DNA from: an archaeon
GTDB lineage: Archaea > Iainarchaeota > Iainarchaeia > Iainarchaeales > CSSED10-239
NCBI GenBank assembly: GCA_035400625.1
Contig: DAOMZT010000003.1
Location: forward strand, 71,371-103,370
DNA: 32,000 nucleotides
Direction: 5' to 3'
Shown here piece by piece: positions 1-8,206 of this stretch (positions are counted from its first letter, which is position 1; each line of letters begins with the position of its first letter). A program made the position numbers and the translations under genes. The notes beneath the pieces are model-generated. The model made no database searches, was not told the DNA's origin, and saw only the letters and a list, made by a program, of their open reading frames with translations.

Positions 1-312
1 AGAGGAGTTAAGCCAGAAGAGTTTAGAAAAGCAGGCGGAAAAATAATAAGGGTTTGTTTACAAGATTTAGAGAAATTGGGACTTGTAAGTAAATCAGAAG
101 AAAAGAAAGGAAGAATAATAACTCCTGCAGGACAAAGTTATCTAGATAAGATAGCTGATAATATATTAAAAGACTATAGCAAATACAAGATTGTCAAGAA
201 AGAAAAAGATATTGCAATGACAAAAGACACAAAAGAAAAGTCTGTGTTTGATGTTGCAGAAAAGAAAGGAAAGAAAGATAATAATAAAAAGAAACAGGAG
301 GTTGAAGAATAA
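1..312 (+). CDS. rps19e: 30S ribosomal protein S19e (5' end cut by window edge) with Lys-rich C-terminal tail
   Basis: Frame 1 is open from nt 1. RGVKPEEFRKAGGKIIRVCLQDLEKLGLVSK...GRIITPAGQSYLDKIA resembles the conserved C-terminal core of eS19. Typical archaeal neighbours L39e/L31e/aIF6 follow, with a TAATG overlap to the next gene. Confidence 0.8.
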   Translation, partial: RGVKPEEFRKAGGKIIRVCLQDLEKLGLVSKSEEKKGRIITPAGQSYLDKIADNILKDYSKYKIVKKEKDIAMTKDTKEKSVFDVAEKKGKKDNNKKKQEVEE

Positions 313-626
313 TGGCAAAACAAAAAACAAGAGAAAAGAAAGAATTTCTAATTTCTCAGAGAGATAAAGTAGGTCCTGGTTATTTAAATACCCCTGTTTG
401 GATTATTCAAAAAGCAGGAAAAAGAATATGGAATAGAAAACAGAAAAGAAACTGGAAACAAACAGAATTCGGAGACGAATTTAGAAAATTACAACTTAAA
501 AAAGCAGATGCTGTTAAGAAAACAGCAAGAGTGAGCGGAAAGAAAGAAAAAACCGCAAGAAGAAAAGTAAGAAAGACAAGAAACACAGTAGTTGTAAGAA
601 ATCCAATAAAGAAGAAGAGGAAGTGA
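312..626 (+). CDS. rpl39e: 50S ribosomal protein L39e with about 50 aa Lys/Arg-rich C-terminal extension
   Basis: NTPVWIIQKAGKRIWNRKQKRNWKQTEF matches the L39e core (..VPVWVI.KT.R.v....rR.WRrtkL). AGGAGG lies about 11 nt upstream of the ATG. Operon context agrees. Confidence 0.8.
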   Translation: MAKQKTREKKEFLISQRDKVGPGYLNTPVWIIQKAGKRIWNRKQKRNWKQTEFGDEFRKLQLKKADAVKKTARVSGKKEKTARRKVRKTRNTVVVRNPIKKKRK

Positions 627-633
627 TTAAGAT

Positions 634-1125
634 ATGCCAAGTGAAAATTATGTAATACCTTTAAAAAAGGTTTATGATAACAAACCAAGAACAAGAAGAG
701 CAAATAATGCAATTGCTGAAATCTTTAGCTTTCTTAAAAAACATACAAGAATGGAAAAGAAAGATGTAATTATTTCAAAAGAGGTAAACGAATATATTTG
801 GAAAAATAGTATTCAAAATCCTCCAAGAAAAATTGCAATAAGCTTAAAGATTGATTCTGGTAAGGCTTATGTCTTCTTGAAAGATTCAAAGGAATTTAAA
901 GATTTTGGGAAGGCAACTCCTGAACCTAAGGAAAAGCCAAAATTTAAAGAAGCAGTACAAAAAGCAGTAAAGGAAGCTACCTCTCAAAAGAAAATGACAG
1001 CAAATACAGAAAAAAAGAAAACTGATAAAATTGCAAAGACAAGTGATAAGCCAGAAAAACCAGAAAAGAAGGCAAGTGATAAAACAGAAAAGAAAACTGC
1101 AGAGAAAGTGGAGTCAACAAACTGA
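634..1125 (+). CDS. rpl31e: 50S ribosomal protein L31e with Lys-rich C-terminal extension
   Basis: YVIPLKKVYDNKPRTRRANNAIAEIFSFLKKHTRMEKKDVIISKEVNEYIWKNSIQNPPRKIAISL matches the L31e core. Operon position lies between L39e and aIF6. Confidence 0.85.
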   Translation: MPSENYVIPLKKVYDNKPRTRRANNAIAEIFSFLKKHTRMEKKDVIISKEVNEYIWKNSIQNPPRKIAISLKIDSGKAYVFLKDSKEFKDFGKATPEPKEKPKFKEAVQKAVKEATSQKKMTANTEKKKTDKIAKTSDKPEKPEKKASDKTEKKTAEKVESTN

Positions 1126-1131
1126 AAAGCT

Positions 1132-1803
1132 ATGAAACTAGATAGATCAACAATTTATAATTCACCGTTTCTAAATATATATTCCTATTGTACAGAAAAG
1201 ATTTGCTTAGTTCCACACAGCATTCTTGCAAAAGAAGAAAGAAAGATTGAAGAGATTTTAGATGTTAAGGTCATAAAAACTTCAATTAATAGATCTGGTC
1301 TGTTAGGTGTATATCTTTCAGGAATTAATGAAAAGATAGTTGTTGAGAAAAACAGCATTCATTCAGAAGAATTGGCACACTTAGAAAAAGAAGGACTAAA
1401 GGTAAAGACAATAGCTGATGATAACAATGCTTTTGGAAATCTATTAGCAATCAATTCCAATTATGGGATTGCAAGCCCTCTTTTCCGACCAGAAACTGTT
1501 TCTGAGATTAAAAAATTCCTTAAGGTAGATATTGAACAGAAGAACTTTGCTGGGTTTGATCTCCCAGGAAGCTCAATCTTTGTATCTGATTCTTTGTTTT
1601 TGATTAACCCAACAATCGATATTAAAGAATTTAATTATTTTGTGAAAAAATTTAAAGTTCCTGGAAAAGCAACAACAGCAAATTATGGAGATGTATTTGT
1701 TGGTAATGATATTATGGGCAATAAAAATGGGATATTAGTTGGGGAAACAACAAGTAATATTGAGATGATAAAAATAGATGAGCTTGTTGTGGATTTAAAA
1801 TAA
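1132..1803 (+). CDS. eif6: Translation initiation factor 6 (aIF6)
   Basis: 223 aa, a typical length. The segments NNAFGNLLAINSNYGIASP and GKATTANYGDVFVGNDIMGNKNGILVGETTSNIEM parallel the conserved repeats of archaeal aIF6. Confidence 0.85.
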   Translation: MKLDRSTIYNSPFLNIYSYCTEKICLVPHSILAKEERKIEEILDVKVIKTSINRSGLLGVYLSGINEKIVVEKNSIHSEELAHLEKEGLKVKTIADDNNAFGNLLAINSNYGIASPLFRPETVSEIKKFLKVDIEQKNFAGFDLPGSSIFVSDSLFLINPTIDIKEFNYFVKKFKVPGKATTANYGDVFVGNDIMGNKNGILVGETTSNIEMIKIDELVVDLK

Positions 1804-1821
1804 AATGAGGGGGAATTAATT

Positions 1822-2298
1822 ATGGCAAAAGAAAATAAAGAAATCAAAACTGAAAAAACAATAACACTTGATAAGAACCAGACTATCCAATTATATCAAA
1901 ATAAAGAAAAAGAATTACAAGGTATATCTCAAAGAGTTGAACAAATAGATAGTATTTTACAAGAAATGCAGAAAGCAGAAGCCACATTAAAGCAAATAAA
2001 GAAATTAAAAAGTGAAGAAAAACTATTGGTAAATCTTGGCGCAGGGGTCTTAATGGAGTGTGAGGTTTCTAATAAATCATCAATTAAAGTTATGCTTCCT
2101 GGTCAGATAATGACAGAAAGAAGCATTGATGAAGTAATTGAAGATATAGACAAGAGAAATAAGGAATTGCAATCAGCAAAAGAAAAACTAATAAAATCAT
2201 ATAACCAGACATCACAAATGCTTGAACAAATATCTAATGTCTTTAGGGAGATGCAATTAAGGGAAGAGCAAAAGAAAAGATCAAGAGATATCAATTAA
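1822..2298 (+). CDS. pfdA: Prefoldin alpha subunit
   Basis: 158 aa with a coiled-coil / beta-hairpin / coiled-coil layout (LVNLGAGVLMECEVSNKSSIKVMLPGQIMTERSIDEVIEDIDKRNKEL). GGGGG Shine-Dalgarno-like motif upstream. Conserved position before ftsY. Confidence 0.8.
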   Translation: MAKENKEIKTEKTITLDKNQTIQLYQNKEKELQGISQRVEQIDSILQEMQKAEATLKQIKKLKSEEKLLVNLGAGVLMECEVSNKSSIKVMLPGQIMTERSIDEVIEDIDKRNKELQSAKEKLIKSYNQTSQMLEQISNVFREMQLREEQKKRSRDIN

Positions 2299-2320
2299 AT
2301 AAATAAAATGGGTTTTTGAG

Positions 2321-3775
2321 TTGTTTGATTTATTAAAAAACAAGTTTAAGAGCTTTACAGATAAGTTATTTGGAAAGGCCAAAGAAAAAGCAGAAGAAGA
2401 GCAAGTTGTCGAAACTAAACAAGAAATTGCTTTGCCACAAGAGCCCCAAATATCAACTCCTGAAGTTGCAGAATCCAAATCTGTTCAAGAGTTAACAAAA
2501 GATGCAGATAAGCTTGAGAAAGCCATAGATAGTCAGACCACAGAAGATGCGCTTATTCTTGGACAGCCAGAAGTTAAAGTCCCTGAACCTGTTTTAGAAG
2601 AGCCAGAGGTTAAGCCAGAGGTTAAGCAACCGGTTCTTGAAAAACCAGAAGTTAAGGTTTCAGAACCTGAAGTTAAGTACCCTGCTCCTGAAGTTCCAAA
2701 AAAAGATAAGCATTCTATTTTTGATATCTTTAAGCCAAAGCCTAAAGTTAAGCCAACAGAAGAAGAAATACCACAACCAACTTCTGTTGAGCCAGAACCT
2801 GTAGTTTCTGAGATTGAACAACCTACTCCAAAGCCACTATCTACAGAGCCACAAGAAGATTTGACAGTTAAGAAAACAACAGAAATAAAAAAATCATTTA
2901 TTACTTCTGTTAAAAGTATTTTTACAAGCAAAATCACACTTTCAGAAAAAGAGATTTCTGATTTTTTAGAGGAGTTTGAACTCTCGCTTCTTGAGGCGGA
3001 TGTTTCAATTGTTTCTGCTGAGAATATCTGTAAAGATCTAAAAGAAAAATTAATTTCTGCAAGCTTTTCAAAAGACAACCCTTTAGAAGACATAAAGCAA
3101 CACATAAGAGAGTCATTAAAAACGCAATTAGACATTGATTGCGATATTAATAACTATATAGAAAAAACAAGAAAGCCAGATTTGCCTTTTGTAATAATGT
3201 TTATTGGTCCAAATGGAGCAGGCAAGACAACTACAATTTCTAAGTTTGCTTATCACTATAAGAAAGAAAACAAATCTGTTGTCTTAGCATCAGGAGACAC
3301 CTTTAGAGCAGGAAGCATCGACCAACTTGAAAAACATGCAAATGCAATTGGTGTGAAAATTATTAAGCAAAACTATGGTTCAGACCCTGCTGCTGTTGCC
3401 TTTGATGCTGTAACTTCTGCAAAGGCAGGAAAGATAGACTATGTGTTTATTGATACTGCAGGAAGACAAGAAAACAATATCAACTTGATGCAGGAACTTA
3501 AGAAAATAAAAAAAGTAGTTAGCCCTAATCTAACAATTTATATTGGCGAAGCACAAGCTGGTCAAGCAATTGTTGATCAGGTTTTAGGGTTTGACAAAGA
3601 GATAGGTGTTGATGGAGTAATTCTAACAAAGATTGATACTGACCCTAAAGGTGGAGTTGCAATTTCTATTTTAAACGAACTTAAAAAGCCAATCTTTTTT
3701 GTTGGAACCGGCCAGACATATGATGACCTAGAAGCATTCTCTCCACAATTTATAATAGACAGGGTTGTTGTTTGA
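2321..3775 (+). CDS. ftsY: Signal recognition particle receptor FtsY with long acidic, PEVK-repeat N-terminal domain
   Basis: TTG start. C-terminal NG domain has GPNGAGKTTT (G1), DTAGR (G3), LTKIDTDPKGG (G4/G5) and FVGTGQTYDDLE. N-terminal 190 aa are low complexity. Confidence 0.95.
   Translation: MFDLLKNKFKSFTDKLFGKAKEKAEEEQVVETKQEIALPQEPQISTPEVAESKSVQELTKDADKLEKAIDSQTTEDALILGQPEVKVPEPVLEEPEVKPEVKQPVLEKPEVKVSEPEVKYPAPEVPKKDKHSIFDIFKPKPKVKPTEEEIPQPTSVEPEPVVSEIEQPTPKPLSTEPQEDLTVKKTTEIKKSFITSVKSIFTSKITLSEKEISDFLEEFELSLLEADVSIVSAENICKDLKEKLISASFSKDNPLEDIKQHIRESLKTQLDIDCDINNYIEKTRKPDLPFVIMFIGPNGAGKTTTISKFAYHYKKENKSVVLASGDTFRAGSIDQLEKHANAIGVKIIKQNYGSDPAAVAFDAVTSAKAGKIDYVFIDTAGRQENNINLMQELKKIKKVVSPNLTIYIGEAQAGQAIVDQVLGFDKEIGVDGVILTKIDTDPKGGVAISILNELKKPIFFVGTGQTYDDLEAFSPQFIIDRVVV
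3716..3775 (+). repeat. Direct repeat copy 1 (functional 3' end of ftsY), left boundary of the AbiE cassette
   Basis: 60 nt acatatgatgacctagaagcattctctccacaattTataatAgacagggttgttgtttGa recur at 5243-5302 with 3 substitutions, all silent or stop-to-stop. Confidence 0.9.
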
Positions 3776-3807
3776 AGATATATTTAAAAACTATTTGTGT
3801 CATCTCT

Positions 3808-3827
3808 ATATAACAATATTGTTATAT
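3808..3827. promoter_or_regulatory. Perfect 20-bp palindrome upstream of abiEi, candidate autoregulatory operator
   Basis: atataacaat|attgttatat lies about 43 nt upstream of the 3870 ATG. AbiEi-family antitoxins are known to autorepress through inverted repeats. Confidence 0.4.
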
Positions 3828-3869
3828 TGGAGTGACTATCTCGTCCAGATATTTATGGGGTTTTCATAG

Positions 3870-4454
3870 ATGAATTTATACGAAATAAAAGAATTAGCTA
3901 AAAAGTCAGGAAAAGCAGTGTATTCTACAAGGCAATTATCTAATCTTATTTCTAAGGATAAACTGTCTACTGCTGTGTATGTGTCTAGACTTATAAAAGG
4001 AAAATTTGCAAAAAAATTGCAAAAAGGCACGATAAGCTTTACAGATAATGATTTTGTTATTGCCACTCAATTATATGAACCTGCTTATGTTTCTTTGGAT
4101 TCTGCATTGTTATTTCACAATCTAATAACGCAAGTTCCAAAAGACATAGATTGTATAACTACAATCAATAGTAAATATTTTAAGTCGCATAATATTTATT
4201 ATCATAAAATAAGTCCAAAGTTGTTTTTTGGTTTTAAAAAATATAAATTAGATAATAGCTATGCTTTTATTGCAGAACCAGAGAAAGCCACACTAGATGG
4301 GTTATATTATAATAAATATTCCATAGCTGATTTAGAAGAATGGTTATCAAAACTTAATTATACAAGATTAAAGAAATATTCAAAACTTTATAATTCAAAA
4401 ATACAAAATATGATTGAGAATGTTAGAAAAAGAAGAACTAAAAGAAATAGCTAA
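3870..4454 (+). CDS. AbiEi-like antitoxin / transcriptional regulator (type IV TA)
   Basis: N-terminal wHTH-like region followed by YEPAYVSLDSALLFHNLITQVP, resembling the AbiEi_4 signature (..yIS.esAL..hgl..q.p). Directly upstream of and overlapping an AbiEii-type gene. Confidence 0.7.
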   Translation: MNLYEIKELAKKSGKAVYSTRQLSNLISKDKLSTAVYVSRLIKGKFAKKLQKGTISFTDNDFVIATQLYEPAYVSLDSALLFHNLITQVPKDIDCITTINSKYFKSHNIYYHKISPKLFFGFKKYKLDNSYAFIAEPEKATLDGLYYNKYSIADLEEWLSKLNYTRLKKYSKLYNSKIQNMIENVRKRRTKRNS

Positions 4455-5229
4455 ACTAAAAGGTTTAACTTTATATCAACAGGAAAAACATTATGTTCAG
4501 TCATCGATATTAAGTATATTGTCAGATTACCCTTTAATCTTTAAAGGTGGTACATATCTTTGGTTTTTTCATGGCCTAAACAGGTTTTCAACAGATTTAG
4601 ATTTCACTTTAGAGATAGATAGATCAACGCCAAAAACATATTTAGATGTTGATATTTTTTCTAAACATATAACAGATAAAGTTTGTCAATCTCTGTGGCT
4701 GTTTCAAGGAATAAAAGCAACAGGAAAAATACAAAACACAACAACAAACAGTTTTTCTTTTAAGATTGCAGCAGAAGGCCCATTATATACTACTCCTAAT
4801 AGTTTGTGTTATGTTGATGTGGACATAAGTTTAAGAGAAAAAATAATTAATGTCCCAAAGCCATATAATTTAAATTTTCCAGAATATAATTTTCCAATAA
4901 AAATAATAAAAGGGATGGATGTAGAGGAAGTTTTTGCAGAAAAGATAAGAGCAATAATTACAAGAAAACCAGTAACAAAAAGCGAAAGAGATATTTATGA
5001 TCTTTGGTTTTTAATGTCAAAATATAATTTAAAGATAAATAAAGAAACTTTAAAATTAATAAATAAAAAACTTTCCTTTTATAAAATGAAATTTGATAAA
5101 AATGTATTTGATAAAAAATTAATTGAAAAAAAATCTAGTTTTAAGGATCTAAGTAATTTGATTTTTGGAGAATTAAAGGATTTCAATTATTATTATAAAT
5201 ACATACTAAACAATATATATGAAAAATAG
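4420..5229 (+). CDS. AbiEii/AbiGii-family nucleotidyltransferase toxin
   Basis: LIFKGGTYLWFFHGLNRFSTDLDFTL matches the AbiEii NTase motif (KGGTAL...R.S.DLDF). Also has a C-terminal ..AEKIRAIITR...RDIYDLWFL motif. ATG at 4420 is preferred over the TTG at 4414. Confidence 0.8.
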   Translation: MLEKEELKEIAKLKGLTLYQQEKHYVQSSILSILSDYPLIFKGGTYLWFFHGLNRFSTDLDFTLEIDRSTPKTYLDVDIFSKHITDKVCQSLWLFQGIKATGKIQNTTTNSFSFKIAAEGPLYTTPNSLCYVDVDISLREKIINVPKPYNLNFPEYNFPIKIIKGMDVEEVFAEKIRAIITRKPVTKSERDIYDLWFLMSKYNLKINKETLKLINKKLSFYKMKFDKNVFDKKLIEKKSSFKDLSNLIFGELKDFNYYYKYILNNIYEK

Positions 5230-5242
5230 ACAATTTCTTCAT

Positions 5243-5302
5243 ACATATGATGACCTAGAAGCATTCTCTCCACAATTCATAATCGACAGGGTTGTTGTTT
5301 AA
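5243..5302 (+). repeat. Direct repeat copy 2: orphaned 3' end of ftsY (probable ancestral terminus)
   Basis: 57/60 identical to 3716-3775 and no longer attached to a gene. Followed immediately by the hairpin shared with the convergent SBP gene. Confidence 0.9.
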
Positions 5303-5315
5303 AATAAAAAAAGAA

Positions 5316-5338
5316 AAAGATCTTAATTAAAGATCTTT
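5316..5338. terminator. Bidirectional hairpin between displaced ftsY end and convergent SBP gene
   Basis: aaagatctt-aatta-aagatcttt forms a 9-bp stem, flanked by an A-run and a T-run. Confidence 0.4.
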
Positions 5339-6474
5339 ACAAATTTCCCATCTTGTACTTGTTTTAAAATTACTTTTTTTTGAACATCTCCGTTCTTGTC
5401 AAAAGAGAATATTCCACTAACGCCTTGATAGTTTTTTGTATTTTCTAGTTCTGCTTTGACTTTGTCTGTGTTTTCTCCTGCTTTTTCAATAGCTTTTGCA
5501 AGAACCATTATTGAATCATAAGAGTTTGCTGCTGTACTGTCAGGATATTCATTGTATTTTGCTTTATATTTTTCAATAAATGATTGTGCTTGTGAGTTTT
5601 TATTTTCTGTATCATAAATGTATGGATAAATCACACCATCAGAAACACTTTTGTAATCTGTAATTAATACATTTGTTTCTGCCCCATAGTGAGACAACCA
5701 TACAACGTTCATACCAAGCTCTTTCCCTTGCTTAATCATTGCTCCAACTAATGCTGAGAACTGCAAATCAAGAACTGCATCAACATTCTGTGATTTAAGA
5801 AAGGATAATTCAGCTCTTGTGTCTGTTGCTCCAGGAGTTATCTTCTGAGAAACAACAGTTCCTCCAAGTTTTTCAAAGCTTTCTGTAAAGTCATCTAGAT
5901 GTTCTTGGCTAAATGAGGTTCCAGGAAGTATAACTCCGACTTTTCTTAATTTTAAATCATTGTAAGCATAGTTTGCAAGAACTTCCATCATGTCTTTTGT
6001 TTTTGGAGCAAGCCTAAACAAGTAATCGTCTTTACTTACTTGGTCTAGATTAACGTTTGGTGCGACAACTATTACTTTCTTATCGTTTGTCATTTGCATA
6101 AAAGAAATTGTTGTGTCATTCCAACAATCTCCAACAATAAACTTAACTTTGTCTGTATTTACTAACTTATTTACTGCGTTAACTGCTTCTTTTGGAACAG
6201 ATTGTGAATCTTCGACTATCAGTTCTATTTTTTTGCCGTTTATGCCACCTTTTGCATTAATTTCTTCAACTGCCAGATTAACTGCTTTTATTTCTTGTTC
6301 TCCATGATATGCTCCAACACCTGTTTGTGTAGCGACAATTCCAATTTTAAGTGTTTCTGTTGGACCACCTAATGAAAGTAATCCTGTGCTACTAGAATTA
6401 AATCCAATTATTGCAATTACTAAAATTAGAATAACTATTGCAATTGAAACTATTAACCACGTTTTATTTTTCAT
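5323..6474 (-). CDS. ABC transporter substrate-binding protein, LivJ/LivK-like (Peripla_BP_6), paralog 1
   Basis: N-terminal membrane anchor MKNKTWLIVSIAIVILILVIAII, then LKIGIVATQTGVGAYHGEQEIKAVNLAVEEINAKGGINGKKIELIVEDSQS, typical of branched-chain amino acid binding proteins. The internal ATG at 6474 is preferred to the track start at 6492. Confidence 0.85.
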   Translation of the reverse strand: MKNKTWLIVSIAIVILILVIAIIGFNSSSTGLLSLGGPTETLKIGIVATQTGVGAYHGEQEIKAVNLAVEEINAKGGINGKKIELIVEDSQSVPKEAVNAVNKLVNTDKVKFIVGDCWNDTTISFMQMTNDKKVIVVAPNVNLDQVSKDDYLFRLAPKTKDMMEVLANYAYNDLKLRKVGVILPGTSFSQEHLDDFTESFEKLGGTVVSQKITPGATDTRAELSFLKSQNVDAVLDLQFSALVGAMIKQGKELGMNVVWLSHYGAETNVLITDYKSVSDGVIYPYIYDTENKNSQAQSFIEKYKAKYNEYPDSTAANSYDSIMVLAKAIEKAGENTDKVKAELENTKNYQGVSGIFSFDKNGDVQKKVILKQVQDGKFVKIFN

Positions 6475-6611
6475 ATATTTTACCATCTCCATTATTTTTA
6501 CTTTTTTATGTTAATAAATAACTTATCATTAAAGGGCGATATAAATATCTATTCTCCAATTTAGGAGGACAAAAACATAGTTATATATAATTAATTATTC
6601 CTGTAATATAT

Positions 6612-7343
6612 ATGGATTTACAAGTGTTAGAGGAGTTAGGCTTTACTTCTGGGGAAATTAAAGTATATGTATCTCTCCTTAAAACAGGCCCATCTCCAGC
6701 AGGAAAAATTATTTCTAAGGAGAATCTTCAAAACTCAGTATTCCATTTTAATATAAATAGATTAATAAACAAAGGGTTTGTTTCTTATACTCAAAAAGGC
6801 GGGAAAAAAATATATTTTGCAAAAGATCCTGAGAATATCTTTAGCTTTATTAAGGAAAAAGAAGCAAGGTTGGTGGGTGTTGTTTCTGATCTAAAAAGCC
6901 TACAAAACAAGATATCTGATGAATATGCAAATAGTTTTGAAATATTTGTGGGATTTCCAGGAATTACAACTTTCAATAACACAATAATTGCAAATGCAAA
7001 GAAAGGAGAAGAATATCTTTTTTATCCGGTTGATAACCCTCAATTGGAAACAAACAAAGAAATAGTAAAATATTATAAAAAATTTGATATTAGACGAAAA
7101 GTAAAGAAAATTCTTGCTAAAGCTATAATTCCAACATCTCAAAAGAAGTTGTTTTCACAAAGAACTTTCCTTAAAACAAAAGTTACAGATTCAGCAATTC
7201 CTTCAAATAAAGTGATTTGCGGAGATTATGTTGGTTTTATTGATTGGCAAGATGATATTCCAAGAGCGATATTAATTAGATCAAAACAGATTGCTAATGT
7301 TGAAAGGAAGTTTTTTAATTACCTTTGGAATACAATTAAATAA
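6612..7343 (+). CDS. TrmB-family-like transcriptional regulator, paralog 1
   Basis: N-terminal wHTH LEELGFTSGEIKVYVSLLKTGPSPAGKIISKENLQNSVFHFNINRLINKGFVSY..GGKKIYFAKDPENI resembles TrmB. Divergent from an SBP gene and upstream of the ATPase genes. Confidence 0.65.
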   Translation: MDLQVLEELGFTSGEIKVYVSLLKTGPSPAGKIISKENLQNSVFHFNINRLINKGFVSYTQKGGKKIYFAKDPENIFSFIKEKEARLVGVVSDLKSLQNKISDEYANSFEIFVGFPGITTFNNTIIANAKKGEEYLFYPVDNPQLETNKEIVKYYKKFDIRRKVKKILAKAIIPTSQKKLFSQRTFLKTKVTDSAIPSNKVICGDYVGFIDWQDDIPRAILIRSKQIANVERKFFNYLWNTIK

Positions 7344-7483
7344 TAATAGAGATACAAACAAAGAAAAAACACGTTAAAAATAAAAAATCTAATGTTGAAA
7401 GGAAGTTTTTTAATTACCTTTGGAATACAATTAAATAATAAAAGAGATATAAACAAAGAAAAAACATGTTAAAAATAAAAAAT
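7294..7483 (+). repeat. Tandem duplication (2 x 95 bp) of the trmB-like 3' end / livG-like 5' start junction
   Basis: Unit 1 (7294-7388) and unit 2 (7389-7483) differ at only a few positions. The future start codon reads ACG in unit 1 (about nt 7370) and ATG in unit 2 (7466). Confidence 0.9.
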
Positions 7484-8203
7484 CTAAATAAAAGTTATGG
7501 CGCAATTAAGGCTGCAGACAATTGTAGCTTTACAATTAAACCAAACAAGATAACAGGATTAATTGGCCCAAATGGAGCAGGAAAATCAACTATATTTAAT
7601 ATTGTCTCTGGCTTTGAGACAGAAGATTCAGGAACAATAATACTTAACAAAATAGATATTTCAAAATTCCCGCCATATAAGATTGCAAATTCAGGGATAT
7701 CAAGGGTTTTTCAAAAATCAAAGTTATTTGAAAATCTTTCAGTTTATGATAATTTATCTATTGCTATTCAAGAGGATAACACTAGTTTTTTCAAAAGCCT
7801 TTTTAAAACAAGTAAACTAACAGAAGAGCAAGAAAAAAGAATTACAGAAATATTAAAGCTTTTAAGAATCTACGATATCAAGGACAAGCAATGTAGAGAA
7901 CTAAGTTATGGTCAAAAAAGGCTAACAGAACTTGCAAGAGCCATAGTTAAAAAGCACAAGTTATTGATGCTTGATGAGCCTGTTGCTGGTGTTCATCCAA
8001 GTGTTAGAAACACAATTATGGATATTTTAAAATTACTAAAGGGAAACGGAGAAACTATTCTTCTAATAGAGCACGATATGTTCTTTACTCTTAAAGTTTG
8101 CGATGAGATAATTGTTATGGATGATGGCAAAGTAATAGCTCAAGGAACACCAAGCCAGATAAAGAACAATAAAAAAGTACTAGAAGCATATCTTGGAGAC
8201 TGA
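7466..8203 (+). CDS. livG: ABC transporter ATP-binding protein, LivG-like
   Basis: Walker A GPNGAGKST, signature LSYGQKRLTELARA, Walker B LLMLDEPVAGV, H-loop IEHDM. C-terminal VLEAYLG is typical of LivG. Confidence 0.9.
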   Translation: MLKIKNLNKSYGAIKAADNCSFTIKPNKITGLIGPNGAGKSTIFNIVSGFETEDSGTIILNKIDISKFPPYKIANSGISRVFQKSKLFENLSVYDNLSIAIQEDNTSFFKSLFKTSKLTEEQEKRITEILKLLRIYDIKDKQCRELSYGQKRLTELARAIVKKHKLLMLDEPVAGVHPSVRNTIMDILKLLKGNGETILLIEHDMFFTLKVCDEIIVMDDGKVIAQGTPSQIKNNKKVLEAYLGD

Positions 8204-8206
8204 AAT

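Larger units (their letters stand above)
3776..5242. mobile_element. Inserted AbiE (type IV TA / abortive infection) mini-island bounded by duplicated ftsY 3' end; no integrase present
   Basis: The segment lies exactly between two 60-bp direct repeats of the ftsY terminus. It carries only the AbiEi/AbiEii pair and its palindromic promoter region. Confidence 0.55.

Noticed and set aside
407-712. 101-aa minus-strand ORF rich in F/L
   Set aside because: It is the antisense shadow of the Lys-rich (AAA/AAG) tails of L39e/L31e. The composition is an artefact (TTT/CTT codons), and the plus-strand genes have clear homology.
2565-2700. Short tandem DNA repeats CCAGARGTTAAG
   Set aside because: They lie in frame inside ftsY and encode PEVK repeats. 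They are reported as a protein feature rather than as a non-coding repeat or array.
2533-3135. 200-aa minus-strand ORF (plus 2934-3116 and 2281-2478)
   Set aside because: Lies entirely antisense to ftsY, which has unmistakable GTPase motifs. It is low-complexity S/G-rich and mirrors the PEVK region.
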